Assembly (NCBI GenBank): GCA_965279315.1
Contig: OZ257145.1
Coordinates: 2,819,530-2,883,529 of the forward strand
Origin: Alphaproteobacteria bacterium
GTDB lineage: Bacteria > Pseudomonadota > Alphaproteobacteria > Micavibrionales > UBA2020
Length of the DNA stretch: 64,000 nt
Direction: 5' to 3'
The stretch's first letter is position 1; each line of letters starts with the position of its first letter. Position numbers and translations under genes: made by a program. This document shows positions 39,265-48,008 of this stretch, one piece after another. The notes below the pieces were generated by a model. The model saw only the letters and a program-made list of their open reading frames with translations, searched no databases and was not told the DNA's origin.

Positions 39265-39806
39265 TCAGCCTGACGATCCAGATCGATTACGCGTCGCCCA
39301 AGTGGAAAAAAGCCTTCGCCAAGATGGACCGCAAGATCGAGGAGGCTGTCGCCGCCGCGTTCCTTGACGCAAAAAAACCGAAATCATTCGACAACCGCAA
39401 TTTCGACATCGCCGTTGTGCTGTCGGACGACAAGATGATGAAGGACCTGAACCACACCTTCCGCGCCAAGAACAAGGCGACCAACGTCCTGTCGTTCCCG
39501 CAGCTGAAAATAAAAGGCCTGAAGGCGAAAGAGCTTGATGCCTTCCCCAAGGTCGATGCCATTCCGCTCGGCGATATCGTGATTGCGCACCAGACGGTCG
39601 CCAAGGAATGCAAGGAGCAGAAAAAAACCATCGAAAACCACACGCTGCACCTTGTGATCCACGGGACGCTGCACCTGCTGGGCTATGACCACATGAATGC
39701 AAAAGACGCGAAAGCGATGGAAAAGCTGGAATGCGCAATCATGGCCAGCATGGGTTATCCCGACCCCTATGCGGAGCCCCAACCTGTAACGAAACGTAAG
39801 AAATAA
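39261..39806 (+). CDS. ybeY: rRNA maturation endoribonuclease YbeY
   Basis: HGTLHLLGYDH zinc-binding motif. The start overlaps the phoH stop. Confidence 0.9.
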   Translation: MISLTIQIDYASPKWKKAFAKMDRKIEEAVAAAFLDAKKPKSFDNRNFDIAVVLSDDKMMKDLNHTFRAKNKATNVLSFPQLKIKGLKAKELDAFPKVDAIPLGDIVIAHQTVAKECKEQKKTIENHTLHLVIHGTLHLLGYDHMNAKDAKAMEKLECAIMASMGYPDPYAEPQPVTKRKK

Positions 39807-39807
39807 C

Positions 39808-40746
39808 GTGGAAGACAACGCCCTTAAAAAACCCGAACCCACCATTGAACCCGCGCCGGAGGTAAAATCCGATGCGGACAAAGGCCTGTTCGGCTGGGTT
39901 AAAAACCTCCTTCCCGCCAAGGAAACAGGGCACGACAACGACAGCCTGCGCGATGCGATCGAGGAATTGATTGAGGAACAGACCGACACCCCGCAATCCG
40001 CCGTCGCCGCACATGAACGCCGCCTGATTTCAAACATCCTCGAACTGCGCGACCTGCCCGTGCTCGACATGATGGTGCCCCGCGCCGATATCGTGGCGAT
40101 CAGCATCGATGCGACGCGCGATGAACTCTACGCGCTGCTCGCCCAGAAACCGCACAGCCGCATCCCCGTTTACAAGGGCGACCTCGACAATATCCTGGGC
40201 GCCGTGAACATCAAGGACATCGTGGCGCATCTTGCGAACCACACGCCGTTCGAGATCAAGGAAGTCATGCGCGACGTGCTGGTGGTGTCGCCCGCCATGC
40301 GCGTGCTCGACCTGTTGCTGCAAATGCGCCAGTCCAAGGTGCATATGGCCTTTATCGTCGACGAATTCGGCGGTATCGACGGGTTGATCACCATCAACGA
40401 CCTTGTTGAATCGATCGTGGGCGAGCTGGACGACGAATATGATTTCGACCTGACCCCGCAATTGATAGAGCGCCCCGACGGATCGGCCATCGTCGATGGC
40501 CGCTATGCGATCACCGAATTCGAAAAGCAATACGGCGAGACATTTGCCGAGAACGAGGAATACGAGGAAGTCGACACCATGGGCGGCCTCGTCACCTTTA
40601 TCGCAGGGCACGTGCCGACGCGCGGCGAAGTCATCCGTCATGCCGCCAGCGGCGTTGAATTCGAGGTCATCGACGCCGACCCCCGCCGCGTGACCCGCAT
40701 CCGCCTGCGCAACCTGCCCAAGAAAGCGCCCGCAACCGCGTCATGA
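39808..40746 (+). CDS. corC: CBS-pair plus CorC_HlyC domain protein (CorC/TlyC-type Mg/Co efflux or hemolysin-like)
   Basis: CBS pair (MVPRADI...IPVY; VVSPAMRV...AFIVDEFGG.DGLIT.NDL) and a C-terminal transporter-associated domain. Confidence 0.85.
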   Translation: MEDNALKKPEPTIEPAPEVKSDADKGLFGWVKNLLPAKETGHDNDSLRDAIEELIEEQTDTPQSAVAAHERRLISNILELRDLPVLDMMVPRADIVAISIDATRDELYALLAQKPHSRIPVYKGDLDNILGAVNIKDIVAHLANHTPFEIKEVMRDVLVVSPAMRVLDLLLQMRQSKVHMAFIVDEFGGIDGLITINDLVESIVGELDDEYDFDLTPQLIERPDGSAIVDGRYAITEFEKQYGETFAENEEYEEVDTMGGLVTFIAGHVPTRGEVIRHAASGVEFEVIDADPRRVTRIRLRNLPKKAPATAS

Positions 40747-42278
40747 CCAAAATCACATCACTCGAAGCCCTGAGCGGTTTCCAACGTTACGCCGCCGCAT
40801 TCCTGCTGGGTGTATTGACTGTTCTTGCCATGCCGCCAGTCGGGCTGTTTCCGGTATTGCTGCTGACCGTGCCCGCCTTCGCCACCCTCGCCCGCTTTGC
40901 GCCGACGCGCGCGAAAAGTTTTGCGGTGGGCTGGGCATTCGGTGCGGGTTATTTCATTTTCGGCCTTTACTGGGTCAGCGCCGCGCTGTTCGTGGATATC
41001 GAGCAATGGAAATGGGTGCTGCCGCTGTCGCTCGTCGTCGGCCCCGCGGCTCTTGCGCTTTATTACGGCTTTATCCCGCTGCTGGCGCGCTGCTTCCGCA
41101 ACCATGAGTCGGCGCATGCGCTGGCGTTTGTCGCGGCCTGGGGCCTGGTTGAATTCGCGCGCGGCCATCTGCTGACGGGATTCCCGTGGAACTTGCCGGG
41201 TTATACATGGCATCACGTTTTGCCCGTGCTGCAATCAACCTCCGTCATCGGCATTTACGGCCTGACGCTGCTGACGCTGTTCTGGGCGATGATCCCCGTC
41301 TTCCGCGCACAACGCACGCTGCGCCATATCGCGGTCATGTCGCTGGTGTTTGTGACGGCGGCGGGCGCGGTGCGCCTCTCGATCCACCCGACATCTTATG
41401 AACCTGATGCGCCTTATATCCGCCTTGTGCAGGGGAATATCCCGCAGGAAACGAAATGGAACAAGGATGACGACTGGCGCAATTTCGACAAGCACCTTGC
41501 GCTGACCTCTGCCCGCAGCCAGCGCGCGCCCGATGCCGTGATCTGGCCGGAGACGGCGGTCAATGCCGATCTGTACCAGTTCCCCGAAATCGCGCAGCTG
41601 ATCGCGATGAAGCTGCCGGGTAATGCCGTCGGCCTGCTGGGCAGCCTGCGCGTCGATGTGCGCGATGCCAACCATCCGCTGTTTTACAACAGCGTGACCG
41701 CGCTGGATAAAAAAGCTGCCGTCATCGGCAACTACGACAAGCACCACCTTGTCCCCTTCGGCGAATTCATCCCCTACCGCGAAAAAATCGCCTTTACGCC
41801 CATCGCCATGGCGGTTTCCGGCGTGGGCGATTTCACGCGCGGTCCCGGCCCGCAGACGCTGCATGTGAACGGGTTGCCGGGTTTCAGCCCGCTTGTCTGT
41901 TACGAAGTCATCTTCCCGGGCGAAGTCGCCGACCCGTTCAACCGCCCCAAATGGCTGGTCAACGTGACCAATGACGGCTGGTACGGCAAGACCGCCGGCC
42001 CCCGCCAGCATTTTGCCATGGCGCGCGTGCGTGCCATCGAAGAAGGCCTGCCCCTCGCCCGCGCCGCCAATACCGGCATATCCGGCATGATCGATCCGCT
42101 GGGGCGTATCCTTGCAAAACAAAAACTTGGCACATCGGGCTATGTCGATGCCCTGCTGCCCTCTGCCCTGCCCGCCACGCCTTATGCCTTGTACAAAAAC
42201 ATTTTTTTCTGGATCTTACTTGTTGGCTTTGCCACTACGGCGCGTCAATTACGCGGTAAATGCTGCATTAAAACGTGA
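40743..42278 (+). CDS. lnt: apolipoprotein N-acyltransferase
   Basis: 511 aa. N-terminal polytopic region plus a CN-hydrolase domain (VIWPE, K, VCYE). Conserved position after corC. Confidence 0.9.
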   Translation: MTKITSLEALSGFQRYAAAFLLGVLTVLAMPPVGLFPVLLLTVPAFATLARFAPTRAKSFAVGWAFGAGYFIFGLYWVSAALFVDIEQWKWVLPLSLVVGPAALALYYGFIPLLARCFRNHESAHALAFVAAWGLVEFARGHLLTGFPWNLPGYTWHHVLPVLQSTSVIGIYGLTLLTLFWAMIPVFRAQRTLRHIAVMSLVFVTAAGAVRLSIHPTSYEPDAPYIRLVQGNIPQETKWNKDDDWRNFDKHLALTSARSQRAPDAVIWPETAVNADLYQFPEIAQLIAMKLPGNAVGLLGSLRVDVRDANHPLFYNSVTALDKKAAVIGNYDKHHLVPFGEFIPYREKIAFTPIAMAVSGVGDFTRGPGPQTLHVNGLPGFSPLVCYEVIFPGEVADPFNRPKWLVNVTNDGWYGKTAGPRQHFAMARVRAIEEGLPLARAANTGISGMIDPLGRILAKQKLGTSGYVDALLPSALPATPYALYKNIFFWILLVGFATTARQLRGKCCIKT

Positions 42279-42294
42279 TTGAATACCATTGTGT

Positions 42295-42323
42295 GTTGAC
42301 ATACTGATCAGTATGGTTTAATT
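42295..42323 (+). promoter_or_regulatory. TTGACA -35 box plus a perfect 16 bp palindrome CATACTGATCAGTATG (candidate autoregulatory operator) upstream of the XRE regulator
   Basis: TTGACA at 42295-42300. The palindrome at 42299-42314 occupies the spacer. AT-rich -10 candidates (TTTAAT/TAATTC) follow. Confidence 0.4.
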
Positions 42324-42366
42324 CGTTAAACACCAGTACGTAAGTATTCTGTAAGGTTATTTTTTA

Positions 42367-42795
42367 ATGCCGCGATCAGCTAAAACGCAAGAAGGTCCTC
42401 ACCCGGTCGATGTCCATGTTGGCAATAAAGTCAAAAACCGCCGCCTGATCCTGGGCATGAGTCAGGATGAACTGGCGAAATCCTGCGGCATCACTTTCCA
42501 GCAAGTCCAGAAATACGAACGCGGCACCAACCGCATCTCCGTCAGCCGCCTGACCGAAATCTCCTCCGCACTTAAATCCACTCTCGAATACTTTACGGAA
42601 GGCTGCGCAGCCCTGCTCCCCGGCGCGCCCAAGGGCGGCGCGCGCGGCATGGCCGACAACAAGCAGGCAGGCTTTGAATCCGAAGCCATGAGCCGCGACA
42701 AGATCGAGCTGCTGCGCGCCTATGACGCCATCGAAACCGCCGCGCACAAGCGTCAAGTGGTTGATATGGCGAAGGCTCTGGGCAAGAAGAAATAG
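42367..42795 (+). CDS. XRE-family helix-turn-helix transcriptional regulator
   Basis: VGNKVKNRRLILGMSQDELAKSCGITFQQVQKYERGTNRISVSRL is a canonical HTH_XRE. Conserved lnt-XRE-metK context in alphaproteobacteria. Confidence 0.8.
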   Translation: MPRSAKTQEGPHPVDVHVGNKVKNRRLILGMSQDELAKSCGITFQQVQKYERGTNRISVSRLTEISSALKSTLEYFTEGCAALLPGAPKGGARGMADNKQAGFESEAMSRDKIELLRAYDAIETAAHKRQVVDMAKALGKKK

Positions 42796-42895
42796 CCTTT
42801 TGGCCCGTATCTGAAAAAGCTTGTTGCCCTGCAATAATCGCTAAAGTATAAATAATCCCTGTAAATCATTCGCATTTAGGCACGAGGGCGACATC

Positions 42896-44113
42896 ATGGC
42901 TGACCAGAAATACATTTTCACGAGCGAGTCCGTTGGCGAAGGCCACCCCGACAAGGTATGCGACCGCGTGTCCGACGCCATCGTCGATGCCTACCTGAAC
43001 GCAGACCCCTATTCCCGTGTCGCGGCGGAATGCCTTGCGACCACCGGCTTCCTCTGCATCGCGGGCGAAACCCGCGGCCCCTCCTCGATCGACCGCGACC
43101 TGATCGAGACGATCGCCCGCCATGCCGTGCGCGACATCGGCTACAAGCAGGAAGAATTCCATTGGGAAAAAATCAAGGTTGATGTGCGCCTGCACGCACA
43201 ATCCGCCGACATAGCCGTGGGCGTTGATGCCTCGGGCGGCAAGGATGAAGGCGCTGGCGACCAGGGCATCATGTTCGGTTACGCCTGCCGCGAAACCGAA
43301 AGCCTGATGCCGGCTGCCATCCATTATTCCCACGCCATCCTGAAATCGCTGGCCGAAGCACGCCATTCAGGCGCTCTGTTCAAGCTGGGACCCGATGCAA
43401 AATCGCAAGTCTCGCTGGAATACGTGAACGGCAAGCCCGTGCGCGCAACCTCCGTTGTCGTCTCCACCCAGCATGATGCTTCCGCATCTCAGGAAGAAGT
43501 GCGCGAAATGGTGCGCCCGCACGTTGAAAACATCCTGCCTGCTGGCTGGATGTGCGACGAAGCACAGTTCTACGTCAACCCGACCGGCCGTTTCGTCATC
43601 GGCGGCCCCGACGGTGACTCCGGCCTCACCGGCCGCAAGATCATCGTCGACACTTACGGCGGTGCAGCCCCCCATGGCGGCGGCGCATTTTCGGGCAAAG
43701 ACCCGACGAAGGTTGACCGTTCTGCTGCTTACGCCGCGCGTCACGCAGCGAAAAACATCGTGGCGGCGGGCCTTGCCGACCGTTGCACCATTCAGGTGTC
43801 GTACGCCATCGGCGTGTCGCACCCGATCTCGCTCTACGTCAACACGCATGGCACCGGCAAATACAGCGATGAAGCAATCGCCGATGCGCTGCAGGCCGTG
43901 GCCGATTTCCGCCCCCGCGCGATCCGCGAACGCCTGAACCTGAACAAGCCCATCTATGCCCGCACGGCAGCTTACGGCCATTTCGGCCGCGCGCCCGAAG
44001 CGGATGGCGGCTTCACCTGGGAAAAGAACGACCTCGTGCAGGCGCTGAAGGATGAACTGGGTTCCAAAAAATACGCGCATGCCGAAGGCAAAGTGACCGA
44101 AATGAAGCGGTAA
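42896..44113 (+). CDS. metK: S-adenosylmethionine synthase
   Basis: [47 protein letters not shown]. Confidence 0.95.
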   Translation: MADQKYIFTSESVGEGHPDKVCDRVSDAIVDAYLNADPYSRVAAECLATTGFLCIAGETRGPSSIDRDLIETIARHAVRDIGYKQEEFHWEKIKVDVRLHAQSADIAVGVDASGGKDEGAGDQGIMFGYACRETESLMPAAIHYSHAILKSLAEARHSGALFKLGPDAKSQVSLEYVNGKPVRATSVVVSTQHDASASQEEVREMVRPHVENILPAGWMCDEAQFYVNPTGRFVIGGPDGDSGLTGRKIIVDTYGGAAPHGGGAFSGKDPTKVDRSAAYAARHAAKNIVAAGLADRCTIQVSYAIGVSHPISLYVNTHGTGKYSDEAIADALQAVADFRPRAIRERLNLNKPIYARTAAYGHFGRAPEADGGFTWEKNDLVQALKDELGSKKYAHAEGKVTEMKR

Positions 44114-44117
44114 TAAA

Positions 44118-44780
44118 GTGCCCTTCAACAAACTCATCCAAGGCTACAAGGCGTTCCACAAGGAACATTTTGGCCCCGGCAAGAAGCTGTACCAGAGCCT
44201 TGTGCGCGACGGGCAGAACCCGGAAGTGCTGATGATCGGCTGTTCGGATTCACGCGCCGATCCCGCCATCATCATGCATGCAGCGCCCGGCGATATTTTC
44301 GTCGTGCGCAACGTGTCGGCCATCGTCCCCCCCTATACCCGCGACACCGGCCACCACGGCACCTGCTCCGCGATTGAATTCGCCGTGCGCGCGCTGAAGG
44401 TAAAGCAGATCGTGGTGATGGGCCACAGCATGTGCGGCGGCGTGCGCGCGCTGGCCGAGCGCGACCTGGTGGGCGAGCATTTCGAATTCCTGCCGTCATG
44501 GGTCGATATCGCCAAATCCGCGCTGGTCGTGACCAAGAAGGCGACCGAAAAACTGCCCGAGGAAGAACGCCACCGCGAACTGGAAAAGGCCGTCGTGCTG
44601 GTATCCTACCGCAACCTGCATACCTTCCCGTGGATCGAGGAACGCCTGATGAGCGGCGACCTGACGATCCATGCATGGTATTTCGACATGGGGAAGGGCA
44701 AGCTGCTGGAATACAACCCGCTGACAACAAGGTTCGAAGACCTTGATAACAGCAAGGGCATCAAAAAACGTGATAAATGA
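44118..44780 (+). CDS. beta-class carbonic anhydrase
   Basis: CSDSR...GD.FVVRN...GH..CGG zinc-ligand pattern. GTG start. Confidence 0.85.
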   Translation: MPFNKLIQGYKAFHKEHFGPGKKLYQSLVRDGQNPEVLMIGCSDSRADPAIIMHAAPGDIFVVRNVSAIVPPYTRDTGHHGTCSAIEFAVRALKVKQIVVMGHSMCGGVRALAERDLVGEHFEFLPSWVDIAKSALVVTKKATEKLPEEERHRELEKAVVLVSYRNLHTFPWIEERLMSGDLTIHAWYFDMGKGKLLEYNPLTTRFEDLDNSKGIKKRDK

Positions 44781-45465
44781 AGACGAGATCATCCGCTATT
44801 ACGGACGCCGTCGCGGCAAGGTACTGCGCCAGAACCGCCAGAGCGCCTATGACGAGATCATGCCGTGGGCGCAGATAAAGCTGCCTGAAGCCGGCACCAT
44901 CATCGACCCCCGCACGCTTTTCGATTTCCCGGTGCGCGAAGTCTGGCTGGAAATCGGCTTCGGCAACGGCGAACAGCTGATCCATCAGGCCACACAAAAC
45001 CCCGATATCGGCCTGATCGGCTGCGAGCCGTTCATGAACGGCGCCGCCGCATTGTGCCGCGACATGCGCGACAACAGCCTGCGCAATATCCGCATCTTTC
45101 AGGATGACGTCCGCCTGCTGATGCCGCACCTGCAGGAAAAAAGCATCTCGAAATTGTTCCTGCTGAATTCCGACCCGTGGCCGAAAACCCGCCATCACCG
45201 CCGCCGCGTGGTGCAGACCGAAAACCTCGACGCGTTCCACCGCCTGCTGAAACCGGGCGCAGAATTCCGCATGTCGTCGGATGTGCCGAGCCTGAATGCG
45301 TGGCAGCTTGAAAAAACCTTCCTGCATCCCGGCTTTGAATGGCAGGCGAACTGCGCCGCCGACTGGCGCACCCGCCCCGCCGATATGCTTGGCACCCGCT
45401 ACCAGGCCAAGGGACTCGTGCAGGGGCGCGAGACGATGTTCTTCAATTTTAAGACCCTGCCCTGA
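44743..45465 (+). CDS. trmB: tRNA (guanine46-N7)-methyltransferase
   Basis: LEIGFGNGE, DPWPK.RH.KRR motifs. The true start is probably the GTG at 44770, which reduces the overlap with the carbonic anhydrase gene. Confidence 0.85.
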   Translation: MITARASKNVINEDEIIRYYGRRRGKVLRQNRQSAYDEIMPWAQIKLPEAGTIIDPRTLFDFPVREVWLEIGFGNGEQLIHQATQNPDIGLIGCEPFMNGAAALCRDMRDNSLRNIRIFQDDVRLLMPHLQEKSISKLFLLNSDPWPKTRHHRRRVVQTENLDAFHRLLKPGAEFRMSSDVPSLNAWQLEKTFLHPGFEWQANCAADWRTRPADMLGTRYQAKGLVQGRETMFFNFKTLP

Positions 45466-45484
45466 CCCGTCCGCGAAAAAATCT

Positions 45485-45652
45485 TTTCCCCACGAATGAA
45501 CCAGATTAAACGCGAACGCCTTCGCGCCGCAGGCTTTTCGAATATAACGCGGAGATCCGGAGGTTCGGAGAAGCAAAGATAGCCTGCGGCGCTCCTTATC
45601 TTCTCCGAACCTCCGGATCTCCGCGTTGAAATTTCTTCGCGCTCATTCGGGC
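45485..45652. repeat. palindromic repeat element, copy 1 (27 bp perfect core stem ACGCGGAGATCCGGAGGTTCGGAGAAG / CTTCTCCGAACCTCCGGATCTCCGCGT)
   Basis: Shares TTTCCCCACGAATGAA, CGCGCCGCAGGC, the long core hairpin and GCCTGCGGCGC with the element at 61135-61303. Outer arms CACGAATGA/TCATTCGGG also pair. Confidence 0.75.
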
Positions 45653-45785
45653 AGAAAATGCTCTCATTAAGTTTTTTTGGGTAAAAAACATGGATTATGA
45701 AAATAAATAGCAAATAAATCCGGAATTATTTTCAATGAAACGGCGGCAAATCCTGCCCGAAATGCGCGTTTAACCCCTATTTCCC

Positions 45786-45813
45786 TTGCAAAACCGCATA
45801 GTTGATGTATAAA
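45786..45813 (+). promoter_or_regulatory. candidate sigma70 promoter TTGCAA-16-TATAAA for the rimP-nusA-infB operon
   Basis: The motifs lie about 95 nt upstream of the rimP ATG in an AT-rich intergenic region. Confidence 0.35.
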
Positions 45814-45908
45814 AGCACTCAAATATACCCGGCATAAACAAAAGGGTGGGCTCTGAAAAAGAGCCCGCCCTTTGTGCTGGATAAGGCCTAACGAAGCACA
45901 CGAGTAAA

Positions 45909-46415
45909 ATGGATAAATCGCCGCTGAGCAAAAAAGTCGAAAAAGCGATCACCCCCGCCGCAGAAGGCATGGGTTACGAAATCGTGCGCGTGTTGATGGT
46001 GGGCGTCGGCTCCGGCAAACCTACCTTACAGATCATGGCCGAAAAACCCGACGGCACGATGAACCTCGACGACTGCTCCAAGCTGTCGCAGGCCGTTTCC
46101 GCCGTTCTCGATGTCGAAGGCGTGATTGACTCGGCTTACTACCTCGAAGTCTCCTCCCCCGGCATCGACCGCCCGCTGACGCGCTTCAAGGATTTCGAGC
46201 GCTGGAAGGGTTTCGAGGCGAAGATCGAAGTAGACCAGCCCGTCGACGGGCAGAAAAAATTCAAAGGCATGCTGATGGGCACTGAAGGCAGTGACATCAT
46301 CAGCGTGCAGACCGAGGATGGCACCCTGCGCGGCCTTCCCTTCGGGCATGTCCAGAAAGCCAAATTGGTTTTGACGGACGAACTCCTCAAAGCAGCGCAG
46401 CAGAAAAAGGGATAA
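45909..46415 (+). CDS. rimP: ribosome maturation factor RimP
   Basis: 168 aa. LEVSSPGIDRPL motif. Conserved position upstream of nusA. Confidence 0.9.
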   Translation: MDKSPLSKKVEKAITPAAEGMGYEIVRVLMVGVGSGKPTLQIMAEKPDGTMNLDDCSKLSQAVSAVLDVEGVIDSAYYLEVSSPGIDRPLTRFKDFERWKGFEAKIEVDQPVDGQKKFKGMLMGTEGSDIISVQTEDGTLRGLPFGHVQKAKLVLTDELLKAAQQKKG

Positions 46416-46429
46416 CAAGGAAAACCGCC

Positions 46430-47947
46430 ATGCAAGAAATGCTCCAAGTCGCAGATGCCGTCGCCCGTGAAAAAAGCATCGACCGTGAAATCGTGATCCA
46501 GGCCATGGAAGAAGCCATCCAGAAGGCCGGCCGTTCCAAATACGGTTACGACCATGACATCCGCGCGACCATCGACCGCAAAACCGGCGAGATCGAGCTT
46601 TTCCGCTACCGCGAAGTCGTGGAAGCGTTCAACGAGGAAATCCCGGAAGCCGAAGCGCGCCAGATCCTCCTGAAGCCCGCAAAGAAAATCAAGGCTGACG
46701 CTGTCGTCGGCGAATTCCTCGTCGATAAACTGCCGCCGCTGGATTTCGGCCGCATCGCCGCCCAGACCGCAAAACAGGTCATCTTCCAGAAAGTGCGCGA
46801 CGCAGAACGCGACCGCATGTTCGAAGAATACAAGGACCGCACGGGCGAAATCGTTTCCGGCGTCGTCAAGCGCGTCGAATACGGCAACATCACCGTCGAC
46901 CTCGGCCGTGGCGAAGGCTACCTGCGCAGGCAAGATGCCCTGCCCCGCGAACATTTCAAAAACGGCGACCGCGTCCGCGCCTACATCTTCGATGTGCGCC
47001 GCGAACAGCGCGGCCCGCAGATTTTCCTGTCACGCGTGCACCCCGACTTCCTCGCCAAACTGTTCAAGCAGGAAGTGCCGGAAATTTATGACGGCGTCAT
47101 CGAGATCAAGGCGGTTGCCCGCGATCCCGGTTCGCGCGCGAAAATCGCCGTCATTTCCCGCGATTCCTCCATCGACCCCGTCGGCGCTTGCGTCGGTATG
47201 CGCGGCTCCCGCGTGCAGGCTGTCGTCGGCGAACTGCAGGGCGAAAAAATCGACATCATTCCGTGGACGAACGACGTTGCGACCTTCGTCGTCAACGCGC
47301 TTGCCCCCGCTGAAGTCACAAAGGTCGTCCTCGACCAGGACACGCACCGCCTCGACGTGGTTGTTCCCGATGAACAGCTCTCGCTCGCCATCGGCCGCCG
47401 TGGCCAGAACGTGCGCCTTGCAACCCAACTCTCCGGCTGGAACATCGACATCATGACCGAAGCAGAAGAAACCGAACGCCGCCAGACCGAATTCCGCACC
47501 CGTTCCGCCCTCTTCATCGAAGGCCTCGACGTTGATGAAGTCATCGCGCACCTGCTGGTGGTCGAAGGCTTCACCTCCATCCAGGACATCGTCGACACCT
47601 CCGTCGACGAAATGGCCCGCATCCAGGGCTTCGACGCCGACGTCGCGACCGAGCTGAAAAACCGCGCGTCCAGCTTCCTCGATGCGAAAACCGCCGAGTT
47701 CGACAAGAAATGCATCGAACTGGGCGTGAAGGCCGACCTTGCGAAGACCAAGGGCCTGTCGCAGGACATGATCATCGCGCTCGCGGAAAAAGGCGTGAAG
47801 ACGCTCGACGACCTGGGCGACCTCGCCGGCGACGAACTGCGCGAAATGGTGGGCAACGATGCGCTCACCGAAAGCCAGGCGAACAACATCATCATGGCGG
47901 CGCGTGCAAGCTGGTTCCCCGAGGAACCGCAAGCCGTGGCTGGATAA
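46430..47947 (+). CDS. nusA: transcription termination/antitermination factor NusA
   Basis: N-terminal domain, S1 and two KH domains ([13 protein letters not shown]), with a C-terminal acidic repeat region. Confidence 0.95.
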   Translation: MQEMLQVADAVAREKSIDREIVIQAMEEAIQKAGRSKYGYDHDIRATIDRKTGEIELFRYREVVEAFNEEIPEAEARQILLKPAKKIKADAVVGEFLVDKLPPLDFGRIAAQTAKQVIFQKVRDAERDRMFEEYKDRTGEIVSGVVKRVEYGNITVDLGRGEGYLRRQDALPREHFKNGDRVRAYIFDVRREQRGPQIFLSRVHPDFLAKLFKQEVPEIYDGVIEIKAVARDPGSRAKIAVISRDSSIDPVGACVGMRGSRVQAVVGELQGEKIDIIPWTNDVATFVVNALAPAEVTKVVLDQDTHRLDVVVPDEQLSLAIGRRGQNVRLATQLSGWNIDIMTEAEETERRQTEFRTRSALFIEGLDVDEVIAHLLVVEGFTSIQDIVDTSVDEMARIQGFDADVATELKNRASSFLDAKTAEFDKKCIELGVKADLAKTKGLSQDMIIALAEKGVKTLDDLGDLAGDELREMVGNDALTESQANNIIMAARASWFPEEPQAVAG

Positions 47948-48008
47948 TGGCTGATGCATGACGAATTGATTTAAGGCATGAAACCTCAAGAAAGCTGAAG
48001 ACACCAAA

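Noticed and set aside
42367-42795. XRE regulator as the antitoxin of a toxin-antitoxin pair
   Set aside because: There is no small partner ORF in an operon with it. The gene occupies the conserved lnt-XRE-metK position typical of a housekeeping regulator.
42796-42895. A SAM-responsive riboswitch (SAM-II or SAM-SAH type) in the roughly 100 nt metK leader
   Set aside because: I cannot match the leader to a consensus from memory. I see only a loose direct repeat (CCCTGCAATAATCGC / CCCTGTAAATCATTCGC). It needs a covariance-model search (Rfam SAM-II, SAM-V, SAM-SAH) and is not reportable as a feature.
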